A stretch of 63,860 nucleotides of DNA, the filler included, from Phoronis australis (taxonomy: Eukaryota > Animalia > Phoronida): assembly GCA_002633005.1 (NCBI GenBank). It is 9 parts of 9 records of this genome, joined end to end, with 100 filler letters (N's around TTAATTAATTAA, not from the genome) between each part and the next. Parts side by side here need not be neighbours in the genome. Positions count along the whole stretch, not along the records: positions 61,858 to 63,860 come from NMRA01000426.1; 8 more parts are not named here. One strand, 5' to 3'. Positions 62,234 through 63,860 of this stretch are shown piece after piece. Under the pieces are notes generated by a model. The model worked only from the letters and a program-made list of their open reading frames with translations, was not told the origin of the DNA and did not search any database. Numbering within the stretch: position 1 is the stretch's first letter; each line of letters starts with the position of its first letter. The position numbers and the translations under genes were made by a program.

Positions 62234-62884
62234 CCCTCTGTTTCACTTCATTAAAGTGGCACTTGCTTCCCACTCATGTTTCAAGCAAAATAAAAAATAA
62301 ATACTTCTTATTCGTAGAAAGAGTTCCCCAAGATCATCTAGGCCAATAAATGTTCAATCTGCTAGTGAACTTGATTGATCCTCATCGTATCAATAAAATG
62401 AACTTGGACATGTTTACCTGCATAAGCCTTAGTATTCAGGTCAAGGGTTGAGTCTGCAGCCTAAAATGTAAACAACATCATGCTCAATAGAAGTGGATTG
62501 GCAATTAATAAATGGTCGTCAAAAATATGTGCAAAGACAAATATGTATAACATAATGACCAGTTACACCAAGCAGAGTGACTGGTTAAACAATGAATACA
62601 TTACGCATAGGGATATAACTCCTTGTTCCAAGTGCAACTGAAAAGGTTTTATTAAAGACTGACCCTTCAAAATGTCACAATAGAACTAAATTGAGCACTT
62701 CCAACCTTGTGTCTCCATGGCAACTGTCTTTTGTTGCTGTGATACCAGTCAAGCAGATGCTGTTGAAGAGATACAATTTCACTTTTGTTGCTGAACCAGT
62801 GAAAGTTGCCTTTAACAATGTCAAGACATTTGCTACCTGAAATCAAATGCGAGAATAAATCAGAAAGGCATTACAATGAAACAG

Positions 62885-62976
62885 GGCTTCACAGGGTGAG
62901 CCACGTAGGGCAGGCTTCACAGGGTGGGCTGTGTAGGGCAGGCGTCACAGGGTGGGCTGTGTAGGGCAGGCTTCAC
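62885..62976. repeat. 28-bp minisatellite, ~3.3 copies
   Basis: GGCTTCACAGGGTGGGCTGTGTAGGGCA repeated. Confidence 0.85.
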
Positions 62977-63651
62977 CCGGTCTTTGTATCATCTCTGGTA
63001 ACGAGCATGTGACGCACAAACTATTATATATCATTGGGGACATATGTAGATCATAAAAATCTGTAGCAACTTCTTCGCATAATTTTAAAGCTGCCTTTGT
63101 AGTAATTTGTCGTTTTAAGGTTCTTAGGTATGAGATACATTTTATCTTCTGCAAGTTTAGTTTAGAAAGTAAAAATATGACCTAAGGTTATTTTTATTGG
63201 CTGAAAAATTGTAATCTCATGGGTGACAGACGAACGTGACAGACATACAAATCTGCTGTAAATTTATTGAGTTTTGTGTTTGATATGGACGGCTGAAGTG
63301 AAGCACCCGTGGAATTTCTAGTTCGGAGAGTAATACCTTGTAGTATTATAATAGTGTACTGAGGATGATCAGAAGCTGAGAACACCTGTGGTCCGCCTCT
63401 CTATAGCTCCGGTAAGTGGGAAAGGTTAACTCCTCTGGTAGTTCTGCAAGCGAAACTTTGATTAAAATACCCACTGCCACTGGCAGCGGTTATAACATGA
63501 TTTGCCTGGTTCTCAAAATCAGGGACCGCTAAATCCTATCATTGCCAGAAAATGTGTATATAATAATATATATTGTGCGTCCAAGGTTAGCCAGCCAGCT
63601 ATATAGCTTTATGAAGACTGTCATCAAAATACAGCTAGGTACCACTGTGTG

Positions 63652-63860
63652 ACAGGGCTCGACGCTATTAAAATCGCCAGGTCGCATTTTGCGACCTAGC
63701 CAAAATCCCAGGTCGCATTTTCAAAATCCAGCTCGCATTCGTAAATGCCAGGTCGCAAAATTTTCCCGCCATTTTTACGCGCCAAAATAGATTTTATAGA
63801 TCATCGAGAAAATATTTAGATTATGCTCTTACCTGCAGCGTTAAATACTCACAAATTTCG
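63652..63860 (+). mobile_element. Probable hAT-like transposon terminus
   Basis: CAGGGCTCGAC start followed by repeated CCAGGTCGCA subterminal motifs; the other end is outside the window. Confidence 0.4.

Overview
This is eukaryotic (invertebrate animal-like), intron- and transposon-rich DNA, not prokaryotic. It consists of nine segments joined by eight identical 100-nt spacers (44N-TTAATTAATTAA-44N). Gene structures conflict across these spacers, so the segments are probably unrelated contigs. Three partial host genes were reconstructed by manual splicing: (1) the last two exons of a SENP6/7-type SUMO protease (minus, 37273-38995); (2) five internal exons of a PDE2A-like cyclic-nucleotide phosphodiesterase (plus, 39117-42440); (3) most of a RIG-I-like receptor DExD/H helicase with the start of its C-terminal Zn domain (plus, 49284-56602). 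Mobile DNA includes a near full-length but decayed Mag-type Ty3/Gypsy element with LTRs, PBS, PPT and TSD, nested inside older Gypsy relics next to Academ-like and EnSpm-like relics. Also present are Helentron-associated non-autonomous elements carrying a periodic array of CTCF-like motifs, two Penelope-like inverted-repeat insertions with variant hammerhead-ribozyme motifs, several MITEs (one only 32 bp), a CR1 endonuclease relic and minisatellites. I found no clear new multi-gene system. The most interesting signals are the variant hammerheads, the TE-borne CTCF-motif array and the divergent RLR.
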